Shown here one piece after another: positions 16,895 to 24,726 of a stretch of DNA of 27,793 bases. The stretch covers positions 62,001-89,793 of the IMG/VR virus record IMGVR_UViG_3300030116_001948, one strand, 5' to 3'. The notes beneath the pieces are model-generated. The model was given only the letters and a program-made list of their open reading frames with translations, was not told where the DNA came from and searched no databases. Position 1 is the stretch's first letter, and every line of letters starts with the position of its first letter. The position numbers and the translations under genes were made by a program. This stretch comes from an uncultured virus (IMG/VR IMGVR_UViG_3300030116_001948) (Duplodnaviria; Heunggongvirae; Uroviricota; Caudoviricetes).

Positions 16895-17390
16895 TATCTA
16901 TCTCCTTTAATCTTTTTATTGCTGTTACAAAATCTTCTACACGTACTGGTGTTTGTTTATACCAACGTGAATGTCTACCCGAATCCTTGTCTGCATACAT
17001 TATTTCATCAATAGCACGATCATATTCTTTATGACATAAACATTTCCAAGCAGTCGGAAACTTCTTAGTCCAACTTCTACCTAACTGATAATTAACAGAT
17101 GTTAATGCTATAACAATATGTTCATCGTCTGTAGATAGTATACTAGCTTGTTTTTTAGCTGCTTGTAAAGCAGTGGTTATATCTTCCATATACCATTCTT
17201 TAATCTTGTAGTCATCTACTTCAGTTCCAACAGGGAAATCTTCCTGTTCTTGTTTTGTAAGTAAATGCCCAATACCACAAGTAGGTTTATTTAATGTATC
17301 AAGATATACTTCGTTTTTATATCCTTCACGAAGTTTCATATGTTCATACAATTTTTCTTCAAATGTTTTTTTATTTATTGCCAAAGCCAT
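16887..17390 (-). CDS. T4-type lysozyme (glycoside hydrolase family 24)
   Basis: EGYKNEVYLDTLNKPTCGIGHLL has the E-x8-D-x5-T triad of T4 lysozyme, and SRWYKQTPVR matches T4L SRWYNQTPNR. The start is taken at ATG17390 (MALAINKK) but is uncertain. Confidence 0.92.
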   Translation of the reverse strand: MALAINKKTFEEKLYEHMKLREGYKNEVYLDTLNKPTCGIGHLLTKQEQEDFPVGTEVDDYKIKEWYMEDITTALQAAKKQASILSTDDEHIVIALTSVNYQLGRSWTKKFPTAWKCLCHKEYDRAIDEIMYADKDSGRHSRWYKQTPVRVEDFVTAIKRLKEIDNG

Positions 17391-18276
17391 ATCCAAATCT
17401 TGCTCCCATATAGTTTCTAGTAACATTATTTACTGCTTGTCTATTATTCATATAAAAATCGTACATATTATTAAAATAACCCATTCCTTGCATAAATATA
17501 TTTCTATTTACAAAATCATCATTTGTATTAGGTTGAGTCATAGCTTGAGTGCTAACAACTGGCGGTTGTTGACCCATTACTGGACCAGGAGTAACGCTAT
17601 TTTGTTGATTAATAACATTAGGACTTATCATTCCTCTTCCCATAAATCCACCAGGCATTACTGGAGCTTGTGGATTGTACTGATTAATTAATCCAGTAGG
17701 ATTTTGATATGTATTAAAACCTTGAGATGTAAACATATTTCCTACATTTACAGTAGGAGTATTTTGAACCGTTCTACCTTCATTGTCTATTGAATAGTCT
17801 TTCATGCCATTTAAATAAAAAGCTCTCAGCTTTATTCTGTCTTGAAAGTTTTTCATTTTTCTTTCACCAAGATTTTGACCATCTATAATTATATCATCTC
17901 CAGCTTGAAATTGACGTAAAGATCTTTGAGTAGGTTGTCTAAGAGTTTGTCTAATATATCTTCTAAAGTTTCCATAACCTCTTTTTTCATCGTCTGGCAA
18001 AGCGTTCCATTCAGCTCTTTTTGCTTTTCTTTGAGAAAACATTTCTTTTAAACCTTCAAATCCTTCCTGCAATCCTTCTTGTATAGCAGGAATAGTTTCT
18101 GCTACTTGCCCACCTACTCTAGCACCCATAATCATACTAGGTATATAAAATAACGCTTTACCTAATGCACTATCTTGAAACTCTCTTCGTTCTGCTAAAT
18201 TGCCTTCACCAATACGCAGCATTGTATCGCCAACAACACTATTAGGTGTTACTCTTTCATCACTACCATTTGCCAT
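17371..18276 (-). CDS. Hypothetical, probably virion, protein (301 aa) with an N/Q/M/G/P-rich low-complexity C-terminus
   Basis: GGAGG RBS and TAATG overlap support ATG18276 (MANGSDER). One hydrophobic segment (ALFYIPSMIMGA). Confidence 0.75.
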   Translation of the reverse strand: MANGSDERVTPNSVVGDTMLRIGEGNLAERREFQDSALGKALFYIPSMIMGARVGGQVAETIPAIQEGLQEGFEGLKEMFSQRKAKRAEWNALPDDEKRGYGNFRRYIRQTLRQPTQRSLRQFQAGDDIIIDGQNLGERKMKNFQDRIKLRAFYLNGMKDYSIDNEGRTVQNTPTVNVGNMFTSQGFNTYQNPTGLINQYNPQAPVMPGGFMGRGMISPNVINQQNSVTPGPVMGQQPPVVSTQAMTQPNTNDDFVNRNIFMQGMGYFNNMYDFYMNNRQAVNNVTRNYMGARFGYGFGNK

Positions 18277-18491
18277 TATACTTCCTCCAAATCTGTTTTC
18301 ATCCATCTATCAGCAACTTTAATATATAAAAAACTACCAGCATCGTTTTCCACCACAACACGATCACCACTAAATCCATCTCCGTTATCTGGTACTTCTG
18401 ATTGTACCTTTATAGGTGTTTCCATAGAATTTTCTACTTCACTTACCTTAGAAGATTGTTCTTTTAAAATATCTAATATACTTTGTCTCAT
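18276..18491 (-). CDS. Hypothetical protein (71 aa), possibly a small tail-associated protein
   Basis: TAATG-coupled on both sides. The C-terminal G.SGD...LYIKV..RW pattern is seen in small phage tail modules (inference). Confidence 0.7.
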   Translation of the reverse strand: MRQSILDILKEQSSKVSEVENSMETPIKVQSEVPDNGDGFSGDRVVVENDAGSFLYIKVADRWMKTDLEEV

Positions 18492-18730
18492 TATCTAAAA
18501 CTCTTAGTTTTTTTAGCAATTTTTTTAGGTTGCTTACTATGTTGCTTACCTTTTTTAGTATCTTTTCTTTTTTTACGAGTAGTTGCAGCATACTCTGCAC
18601 TACTCAAACTTTTTATAGCAGCATCTGGTAAATAACGTTCACCAGTCTCAGCAGACGGTTTGCCAGACTTTGTACGCCATTTTTGTTTAGTCCATTTATC
18701 TAAACTTTGTTGCGATTTAGCCTTAGCCAT
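18491..18730 (-). CDS. Small basic protein (79 aa), resembling the C-terminal half of DUF5872-type proteins
   Basis: Motif SQQSLDKWTKQKWRTKSGK...RYLPDAAIKSLS...KGKQHSKQP. TAATG coupling. Confidence 0.8.
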   Translation of the reverse strand: MAKAKSQQSLDKWTKQKWRTKSGKPSAETGERYLPDAAIKSLSSAEYAATTRKKRKDTKKGKQHSKQPKKIAKKTKSFR

Positions 18731-18906
18731 TATTTATATCCTCCGCCTGCTGCTTTGTATCTTCTAGCTAATAATTGTGCTTTACGTGCAGACCATTGTC
18801 CTGGTTTGCCTCCTTTACTACCAGCTTTAATTTGCTCAAACAAACGTTTACGCATACCTGGTTTGGTATAATTACCAGCTTCGTTTACTCTACTTTTTTT
18901 TGCCAT
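18730..18906 (-). CDS. Small basic protein (58 aa), DUF5872-like
   Basis: Hand-translated as MAKKSRVNEAGNYTKPGMRKRLFEQIKAGSKGGKPGQWSARKAQLLARRYKAAGGGYK. Its TAA overlaps the ATG of the next gene. Confidence 0.85.
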   Translation of the reverse strand: MAKKSRVNEAGNYTKPGMRKRLFEQIKAGSKGGKPGQWSARKAQLLARRYKAAGGGYK

Positions 18907-19063
18907 TTTTTTTCTTTTTCATTATTGCGTTTTGTAATTTCTTAGGCAACTTCTTTTGTTTAGCAGTTAATCCTTTGCCGTTCATTTTCTTTCTTCCAGC
19001 AGCTTTTGCTTTTTTAGAAGGTCTACCTCTTTTACTTCCGTATGTTCCTTTTCCGTAAGGCAT
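18890..19063 (-). CDS. Small very basic protein (57 aa, 23 K/R, no D/E)
   Basis: Hand-translated as MPYGKGTYGSKRGRPSKKAKAAGRRKMNGKGLTAKQKKLPKKLQNAIMKKKKNGKKK. AAGGAG RBS. Confidence 0.8.
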   Translation of the reverse strand: MPYGKGTYGSKRGRPSKKAKAAGRKKMNGKGLTAKQKKLPKKLQNAIMKKKKNGKKK

Positions 19064-19074
19064 ATTTTACTCCT

Positions 19075-19362
19075 TTACCATTTTACTTTATGCGACCAAT
19101 ATCTAGCACTTAATTTGCTTGGTTTAGCATCTTGTGCATTGTGTCTAGCATAATATGATTTACGTCTTGCTTTATCTTTTTTACTCTTTGGATTTTTACC
19201 AGCTCCTCTTACGCCTTGCTGTCCAAATCTTATTAACTTTGTTTTATCTCCAACTTTAGCTACCACTACGTGTGATTTCTTAGGATGATTAGGTGTTCTT
19301 TTAGGTTTATTATAACCAGACACACCTGCTCTTGCTAGTTTAGGATCTTTCTTCTTAGCCAT
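19075..19362 (-). CDS. Small basic protein (95 aa) with RFGQQG...RRKSYYARH...SARYWS motifs
   Basis: This motif set is recurrent in small phage proteins (possibly DUF5754-related). TAATG coupling. Confidence 0.8.
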   Translation of the reverse strand: MAKKKDPKLARAGVSGYNKPKRTPNHPKKSHVVVAKVGDKTKLIRFGQQGVRGAGKNPKSKKDKARRKSYYARHNAQDAKPSKLSARYWSHKVKW

Positions 19363-19493
19363 TACTTTTTTCCTTTTTTAATAGTTTTAATTTTACCATT
19401 TTTAGTTCTAGCATATTTATGTGTTTTAGTTTCACGAATTAAAGTTCCTGAATAACGTTTGCCTTTCCACATCCAACTTACAGTTTTAGCCAT
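19362..19493 (-). CDS. Small basic protein (43 aa), possible minimal SH3/Tudor-like fold
   Basis: Hand-translated as MAKTVSWMWKGKRYSGTLIRETKTHKYARTKNGKIKTIKKGKK. TAATG overlaps at both ends. Confidence 0.8.
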   Translation of the reverse strand: MAKTVSWMWKGKRYSGTLIRETKTHKYARTKNGKIKTIKKGKK

Positions 19494-19633
19494 TATCCTT
19501 GTCCTCTTTTACGTTTTTTATAATACTTCTTGCTTAACTTATTACCGTATTTAGTACGTTTGCCACGACCTTGTCTAGTTTTTTTCTTTGTAGGTTTTCT
19601 AACCTCTACAGATCCAAAACCTTTTCTTCTCAT
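19493..19633 (-). CDS. Small very basic protein (46 aa, 21 K/R) ending RGQG
   Basis: Hand-translated as MRRKGFGSVEVRKPTKKKTRQGRGKRTKYGNKLSKKYYKKRKRGQG. ATGA overlap with the nozzle gene stop. Confidence 0.8.
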   Translation of the reverse strand: MRRKGFGSVEVRKPTKKKTRQGRGKRTKYGNKLSKKYYKKRKRGQG

Positions 19634-22110
19634 CTAGCAACCTTTTCTCTAAATACTATTTGTATATCATTTACAGTAAAATCTTTATGTATTGTACCAC
19701 TACTATCTGCATATAACTCAATACCAAAAGAAGTAACATTCTTAAATAATGAATTACTTACTTTTATTTTTTGTGTCTGAAAATTTGCAGTAGTATTTGT
19801 TAATTCTTGGGTTTGACCAGAAACTAAATTATCACTAATCTCTGCACCACTAGCACGTACACCAAATCCTTTAATTAATACATTTTCACCACGTTTGTAG
19901 GTAATGTATATGTTTACAATACTTTTATTAACACTAGGACTGTCCATATCATATTCTTTAGATTTAAACAATACTTGTCCATTAGCTGTAAAAGCAGCAG
20001 GATTGTTATTCCATTTACGCAATCTAGATCCATCATTAGGAGAGTTGGAGTTGCGTTCTATAGCATATACCAAGTCTCCATTGTTTATATTTACAAAATT
20101 AGTTATATCAGCATCTGATGCTCTTGATACAACATTAGAAGAGTTAGCATTGCTATCAAAGTTTTTACCTTCACTCCAACTTTCTGATTTCATATCATAC
20201 TTTAATATTTGACCAGACGGATTGCTAATTACTAATTCTTTAGATTCAGGTAAATATCCTATAATACTTTCTGTAAATCCAGCATCTACTGTAGAACCTC
20301 CTAATTTGTCGTATACGCTCGTAAAACGACCTTGCCCTAGCTTAGATAAGTCTAAGTCTAACAAACGTTGACCATCGTACATATAAACGCCTTGTCGATT
20401 AAACCAGGCAACAAATCCAGGACCAGTTGTTACGTGATATGAATGTTCACATCCTTTATACTCTAATTCTACTTCTAAAAACTCAAGATCTCTTTGACAA
20501 TTTACTACAAATAATTTATTCTTTTTAAATTGTAGCAATTTACTGTTTATTGCAGCTAAATGTATTATTTCATCACCATCTTCTACTGCAACATCTAAAA
20601 AACTATTAGTAGGAAAATAATCAAATTTATTTGGCAAAGATTTCAAAACTCTGTCATTTTTAGTAATTAAATTATTATGTTCATCATAATAAGTAACATT
20701 ACCAGCATAAACTCTTCTATTTAACATAACGCTAGTTTCAAATGTAGTTCCTTGTCTACCAATACCACTTGGTTTTTTAGATCCTGTATATGGTTCTGTA
20801 ACTGCCAAAGAAGATATAGCTAAAGGTTTTAAAACACTGTAAGCAGAAGTACTTGTTGCAGTTCCATTCCAACCATCTTCTGGAAAAATAAATTGATTAT
20901 TGCTAGTAGTAATATCTTTTACTCTAAATGAAGCATAATCTTGTTCTCCTCCCAATCTTAATCCTTTTTCGTAATCTACTTCGCATAATAAATACTTAGC
21001 TCCTACATTACCAGTATCATTTGAAGTAGCACCTACATTAACATAATTATTAATTCTAGCCCAATACACTTTAAATCCTGCTACTCTATTAGCACGTTCA
21101 CCCATTCTACCAACAACATGGATATATAATTTTTGATTTCTGTCTGTGCTACCAGCTGCCGTAATACTTTGTTTTGCTATTCCTATAAACACTGGATAAG
21201 ATTCTTGAGAAATTAATCCATCCTGAGACTTATAAACTAAAGAACAAAATAATCCATATCTAAATGTATGACTTACTAAAATAGAACCACCAGTATCATC
21301 TGATGTCGAATCAGTAAAATGAGCCATAAATGCCATAGAACCTTTATCTGTTCCATGACTTGGATAACTATCTAGTTCTCCGTATAAACTATCAGAAGCG
21401 GAAGTATCAAATAAATTAGCATTACTTATTTGTTGTACATTATTTACACTGTAATTATCAAATAAAAATACTTCGCTTTTATTTGTTGGATCAAAAAAGT
21501 TAGAAAAATGCAAATCTTCTACATCGTAATTTGATGTATTCCCTTTTAAAGGAGCTAAATCCATATTAGAAGTATCGTATAGTTCTTGAGTATTTGTAAT
21601 TGCATCTGTACTAGTAGTTCCCAACTTTCTTTCATAATTATAATATTCAAAAATTTTTGATTGATTTGTACCTGAAGTTGACTTTGGTATTATTCTTGTT
21701 GATCCGTCAATTGTGTACATACTTATATTACAAGCACTATTTCCATATTCAATAGTTTTTGTAGCTAAACTACCAGTCGAAGTAATATCTACAATACGTA
21801 CTTTAGAATCTGAAAAATCATTTATAAATAAATATTGATTAGGACCTACAGATTCGTCATCTACATCTCTATCTAAATTAATATGATGTAATCCAGTTCC
21901 ATGTTTTAAAAGTGTTATATAGTCGTTACTAGGACCTATATTACCAGTAAATGGTCCATTTACAGACTCTCCAAATACTGTTAACTTACCAGGAATTTCA
22001 TTGTTCATATTATCTGCACGTTGAAACTCATTAGGTGCTAAGTCTCTTGGAGTAGTCTTTTCATTAAGACCACCACTAAAGTTATTTATATTTAATATCT
22101 TTTTTGGCAT
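19630..22110 (-). CDS. Probable tail nozzle / DNA stabilisation protein (P22 gp10 / T7 gp12-like role)
   Basis: 826 aa and beta-rich. The N-terminal I..FSGGLN...P.DL..NE...ADN motif is typical of podoviral stabilisation/nozzle proteins. It lies upstream of the ejection genes. Confidence 0.7.
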   Translation of the reverse strand: MPKKILNINNFSGGLNEKTTPRDLAPNEFQRADNMNNEIPGKLTVFGESVNGPFTGNIGPSNDYITLLKHGTGLHHINLDRDVDDESVGPNQYLFINDFSDSKVRIVDITSTGSLATKTIEYGNSACNISMYTIDGSTRIIPKSTSGTNQSKIFEYYNYERKLGTTSTDAITNTQELYDTSNMDLAPLKGNTSNYDVEDLHFSNFFDPTNKSEVFLFDNYSVNNVQQISNANLFDTSASDSLYGELDSYPSHGTDKGSMAFMAHFTDSTSDDTGGSILVSHTFRYGLFCSLVYKSQDGLISQESYPVFIGIAKQSITAAGSTDRNQKLYIHVVGRMGERANRVAGFKVYWARINNYVNVGATSNDTGNVGAKYLLCEVDYEKGLRLGGEQDYASFRVKDITTSNNQFIFPEDGWNGTATSTSAYSVLKPLAISSLAVTEPYTGSKKPSGIGRQGTTFETSVMLNRRVYAGNVTYYDEHNNLITKNDRVLKSLPNKFDYFPTNSFLDVAVEDGDEIIHLAAINSKLLQFKKNKLFVVNCQRDLEFLEVELEYKGCEHSYHVTTGPGFVAWFNRQGVYMYDGQRLLDLDLSKLGQGRFTSVYDKLGGSTVDAGFTESIIGYLPESKELVISNPSGQILKYDMKSESWSEGKNFDSNANSSNVVSRASDADITNFVNINNGDLVYAIERNSNSPNDGSRLRKWNNNPAAFTANGQVLFKSKEYDMDSPSVNKSIVNIYITYKRGENVLIKGFGVRASGAEISDNLVSGQTQELTNTTANFQTQKIKVSNSLFKNVTSFGIELYADSSGTIHKDFTVNDIQIVFREKVAR

Positions 22111-22240
22111 TTCTAGTTACGTCCATCATTGTCTTTAACTTCTTTACTTTTTTCTTTTTAGCAGTAAAATTATACTTTCTTCTGCTGTTATTTGTAGAAG
22201 TGCCTTTTACACTATCTGATATGGTATTACTTGTTTCCAT
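22082..22240 (-). CDS. Small basic hypothetical protein (52 aa, METSNTISDS...KKDIKYK)
   Basis: Hand-translated. It fills the gap between the phosphoesterase and nozzle genes, with GGGGTGA upstream. Confidence 0.45.
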   Translation of the reverse strand: METSNTISDSVKGTSTNNSRRKYNFTAKKKKVKKLKTMMDVTRNAKKDIKYK

Positions 22241-22994
22241 CTATTACTTCACCCCACACAGTTGTCTTACCGTCAATTATCTCTACAATTTCTACTTTGA
22301 ACTCACCATTTGTAAACCAATCTACAATTGCAAATGCGTGTGCCCAATTATGTAATCTACCACGTAGCCACTTATTATCTTCGTGTGACATATTCTTCAA
22401 ACATCCTAAAGACCAAGCTGCTATATTACCACCTAGCTTTGTCTGTGTATGTCTTTGAAGATCGTGCGTATGTCCATACATTACATTCTCTCCATACGTT
22501 TCTAAATGTTTCTTTGCATGATACGTTGTTGCAAACGCACCGTGAAAGAAAGCTAACTTACCTACCTGGATAGGCAAGTTATACTCCGTATATTTATATC
22601 CTCTTTCTTTTATTTTACACGCTTTAAAAAAAGTGTAATCAGAAAGGTAAGGATATTTATTAGCAAAATTATCCAACCAGAGATCGTGGTTACCTTGGAG
22701 TAAATACTTTTCTTTACATCCCACTTTTTTAAGCACTTCATCCCACTCATCCAGTCCATTGTTTACTAACCTTATTTCTTCATCTACTAATGGAAGTTGA
22801 AACTCAAGTGGTGGTAATTTCTTATCTTTATATCTCCAGGCAGATACAGAATCCCACTCCCCCACATCACCAAGATTTACAAACACTTTTGGTTTTATTT
22901 TCAGTATTGCTTTTTTAACACACTCTACTGCAGCTCTATCTTCTAATGGATAATGCTGGTCTGGTATTACGATACCACGTTTTTTAAGTTTCAA
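22227..22994 (-). CDS. Calcineurin-like metallophosphoesterase
   Basis: All five motifs occur in order: PDQH, LGD, GNHD, FHG, GHTH. TTG start with an AGGGGG RBS. Confidence 0.9.
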   Translation of the reverse strand: MKLKKRGIVIPDQHYPLEDRAAVECVKKAILKIKPKVFVNLGDVGEWDSVSAWRYKDKKLPPLEFQLPLVDEEIRLVNNGLDEWDEVLKKVGCKEKYLLQGNHDLWLDNFANKYPYLSDYTFFKACKIKERGYKYTEYNLPIQVGKLAFFHGAFATTYHAKKHLETYGENVMYGHTHDLQRHTQTKLGGNIAAWSLGCLKNMSHEDNKWLRGRLHNWAHAFAIVDWFTNGEFKVEIVEIIDGKTTVWGEVIDGNK

Positions 22995-23003
22995 TGAAAC
23001 CCC

Positions 23004-23162
23004 CTATTTTTTTTCTAAAGCTTTTTTAACTTCAGCCCAAAGCTTGTCATCTAGCTTATTAGAAGATTTAGCTACTAACCAATCTCCTAAATGCATAATA
23101 ACAGCTTTAATTAGTTTTTCTGTTCCTAAACTAGTTAGAACTTTACCTAATATTGGTCCCAT
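23004..23162 (-). CDS. Small amphipathic hypothetical protein (52 aa, MGPILGKVLTSLG...SSNKLDDKLWAEVKKALEKK)
   Basis: Hand-translated. GAGGT RBS and TAATG coupling to 23162-23359. Confidence 0.75.
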   Translation of the reverse strand: MGPILGKVLTSLGTEKLIKAVIMHLGDWLVAKSSNKLDDKLWAEVKKALEKK

Positions 23163-23359
23163 TATTTAACCTCGCAATCTTTTTCACAAGCTTCAAGACC
23201 TTTCACATATCCCTGATGCTCTATGATCATTTGTTTAACTTCTGCTAATCTTTCGTTAGCACTTTGTATTTCTTGTACAAGTTGATTATGCTGCTCAACT
23301 AAAGTATCCATTTTAGTTTTAGCTTCTTGTTTTAGATCTACTTTTTTTTCTTTTGACAT
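23162..23359 (-). CDS. Small coiled-coil protein (65 aa)
   Basis: Heptad pattern and GGAG RBS. Confidence 0.75.
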   Translation of the reverse strand: MSKEKKVDLKQEAKTKMDTLVEQHNQLVQEIQSANERLAEVKQMIIEHQGYVKGLEACEKDCEVK

Positions 23360-23423
23360 TATGTCTCCGTGTTTATTTACATTAATTAAACTTATTAAAT
23401 TTCTATAATATAAATCAATAAAT

Positions 23424-23804
23424 CTATTTTATCTGTTTTTTGATTTTATCAAAAACTTCTCTTTCGTCGAATCTCATTGATATACCTGGCTCATATCTTT
23501 CAATTTCTTTGCCTTCTTTAAGAATAATAATAGTAGGTACAACCTTAATATTCCATTCTTTTTGAATAACTGCACCTATAGCTTTATTCGTTAAATCTAT
23601 TTCTGCTACATAACAAAGATCTGCTAACTTTTCTACTTTAACTCTATTGTTATAGTTCCATGCAGCATTTACTTGTACTACAGCACATTTTTGTATATTC
23701 AATGCTTGTATCTCTTGAAAACTATCCAAAGATACTGATTGCGATAATAGCGATGATGTAAAGAGTCCAAGACCCAATAACCACGTATTTATCCATTTTT
23801 TCAT
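23424..23804 (-). CDS. Secreted thioredoxin-fold protein lacking CxxC
   Basis: Signal-peptide-like N-terminus (MKKWINTWLLGLGLFTSSLLSQS). VVQVNAAWN replaces WCxxC, and the cis-Pro motif IKVVPTIIILKEGKEIER is retained. GAGGT RBS supports ATG23804. Confidence 0.75.
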   Translation of the reverse strand: MKKWINTWLLGLGLFTSSLLSQSVSLDSFQEIQALNIQKCAVVQVNAAWNYNNRVKVEKLADLCYVAEIDLTNKAIGAVIQKEWNIKVVPTIIILKEGKEIERYEPGISMRFDEREVFDKIKKQIK

Positions 23805-23816
23805 AATCAAACCTCA

Positions 23817-24113
23817 TTATTTATTATTCATATCTATAAGTGTTTGAGTAATAGCTTTTGTGTCTTCTTTAATATCATCTACTTTCTCTTCTAACTTATC
23901 TACTTTATTTTCAGTATTTAATATAGAATCACGAATCATTTGATCTTTCAAATCATACTCCATACGTGAAACCTCAGGCTCTGGTAATTCTTTAGCAAGT
24001 TCTATTTCTGCTTGTAAAGAATACCACATACCTATAATCATACCTATAGTAACTACGATACTAATACCTGTTTCTACAGATAATGTAAATTTAGTGTCTT
24101 TACCTACTTCCAT
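23817..24113 (-). CDS. Single-TM plus coiled-coil membrane protein (possible holin/spanin-like)
   Basis: A TM segment (GISIVVTIGMIIGMWY) is followed by a coiled coil (ENKVDKLEEKVDDIKED). Confidence 0.65.
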   Translation of the reverse strand: MEVGKDTKFTLSVETGISIVVTIGMIIGMWYSLQAEIELAKELPEPEVSRMEYDLKDQMIRDSILNTENKVDKLEEKVDDIKEDTKAITQTLIDMNNK

Positions 24114-24129
24114 TATTATCCCCTATTGT

Positions 24130-24477
24130 TTATCTACCTGGTCCACCACCGCCACCACCAATGTCAGCGTGTTGCCCACCAAAGGTGTGACTCATATTAA
24201 AAGGTGCTGATCCTATATTGTTTAATAAAGTAGCATCAGGATTATCTATTGATGTACTTTGTATAGGATTGTTTGTACCACCTAATCTATTAAATGTATC
24301 TGCTGGTCCACTATCATCGTTGTTAGGAAAGGTATTTTGTATTCCATTAAAAGAATCTCCGCTACATAAACTAGACAAACTTATGTCTGTACTTTGTTGT
24401 ACGCCTGTAGCTTCTCCTAAAGCACTACCTATTGCACTTAGACCTACATTACTTGTTCCTACTGCTGGACCTGCCAT
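24130..24477 (-). CDS. Small Gly/Ser-rich tail-fibre-associated protein (115 aa) with a C-terminal polyglycine
   Basis: Located downstream of the fibre gene. N-terminal VGLSAI...DISLSSL and C-terminal IGGGGGGPGR. Confidence 0.65.
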   Translation of the reverse strand: MAGPAVGTSNVGLSAIGSALGEATGVQQSTDISLSSLCSGDSFNGIQNTFPNNDDSGPADTFNRLGGTNNPIQSTSIDNPDATLLNNIGSAPFNMSHTFGGQHADIGGGGGGPGR

Positions 24478-24480
24478 TTA

Positions 24481-24726
24481 CTACTCAGCGTCTTTAATTG
24501 CTTTATATTCTACTAATTCAGCTTCTACTTCTGCTAACGATGCTTCTAAACTTGCTTTTTGAGCTTCTGCGTCTGCTATAGCAGTATCAACATCTTTAGT
24601 TTCTTCATAATCCATAACAGTAACATCGTTACCATTTGCATTTTGCATAACTCTAGTATGTTTAATTGACACCATTTTTGTTGATGCAGATGTTTCTTCT
24701 GACATTGCACTTATTACTTTAGCCAT
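24481..24726 (-). CDS. Hypothetical protein (81 aa), possible tail fibre assembly factor
   Basis: AAGGAG RBS. It overlaps the fibre gene stop and has a C-terminal coiled coil. Confidence 0.7.
   Translation of the reverse strand: MAKVISAMSEETSASTKMVSIKHTRVMQNANGNDVTVMDYEETKDVDTAIADAEAQKASLEASLAEVEAELVEYKAIKDAE

Noticed and set aside
23365..23423. Sigma70-like promoter on the minus strand (TTGATT, 18 nt, TAAGTT)
   Set aside because: The match is weak in an extremely AT-rich gap and cannot be distinguished from chance.
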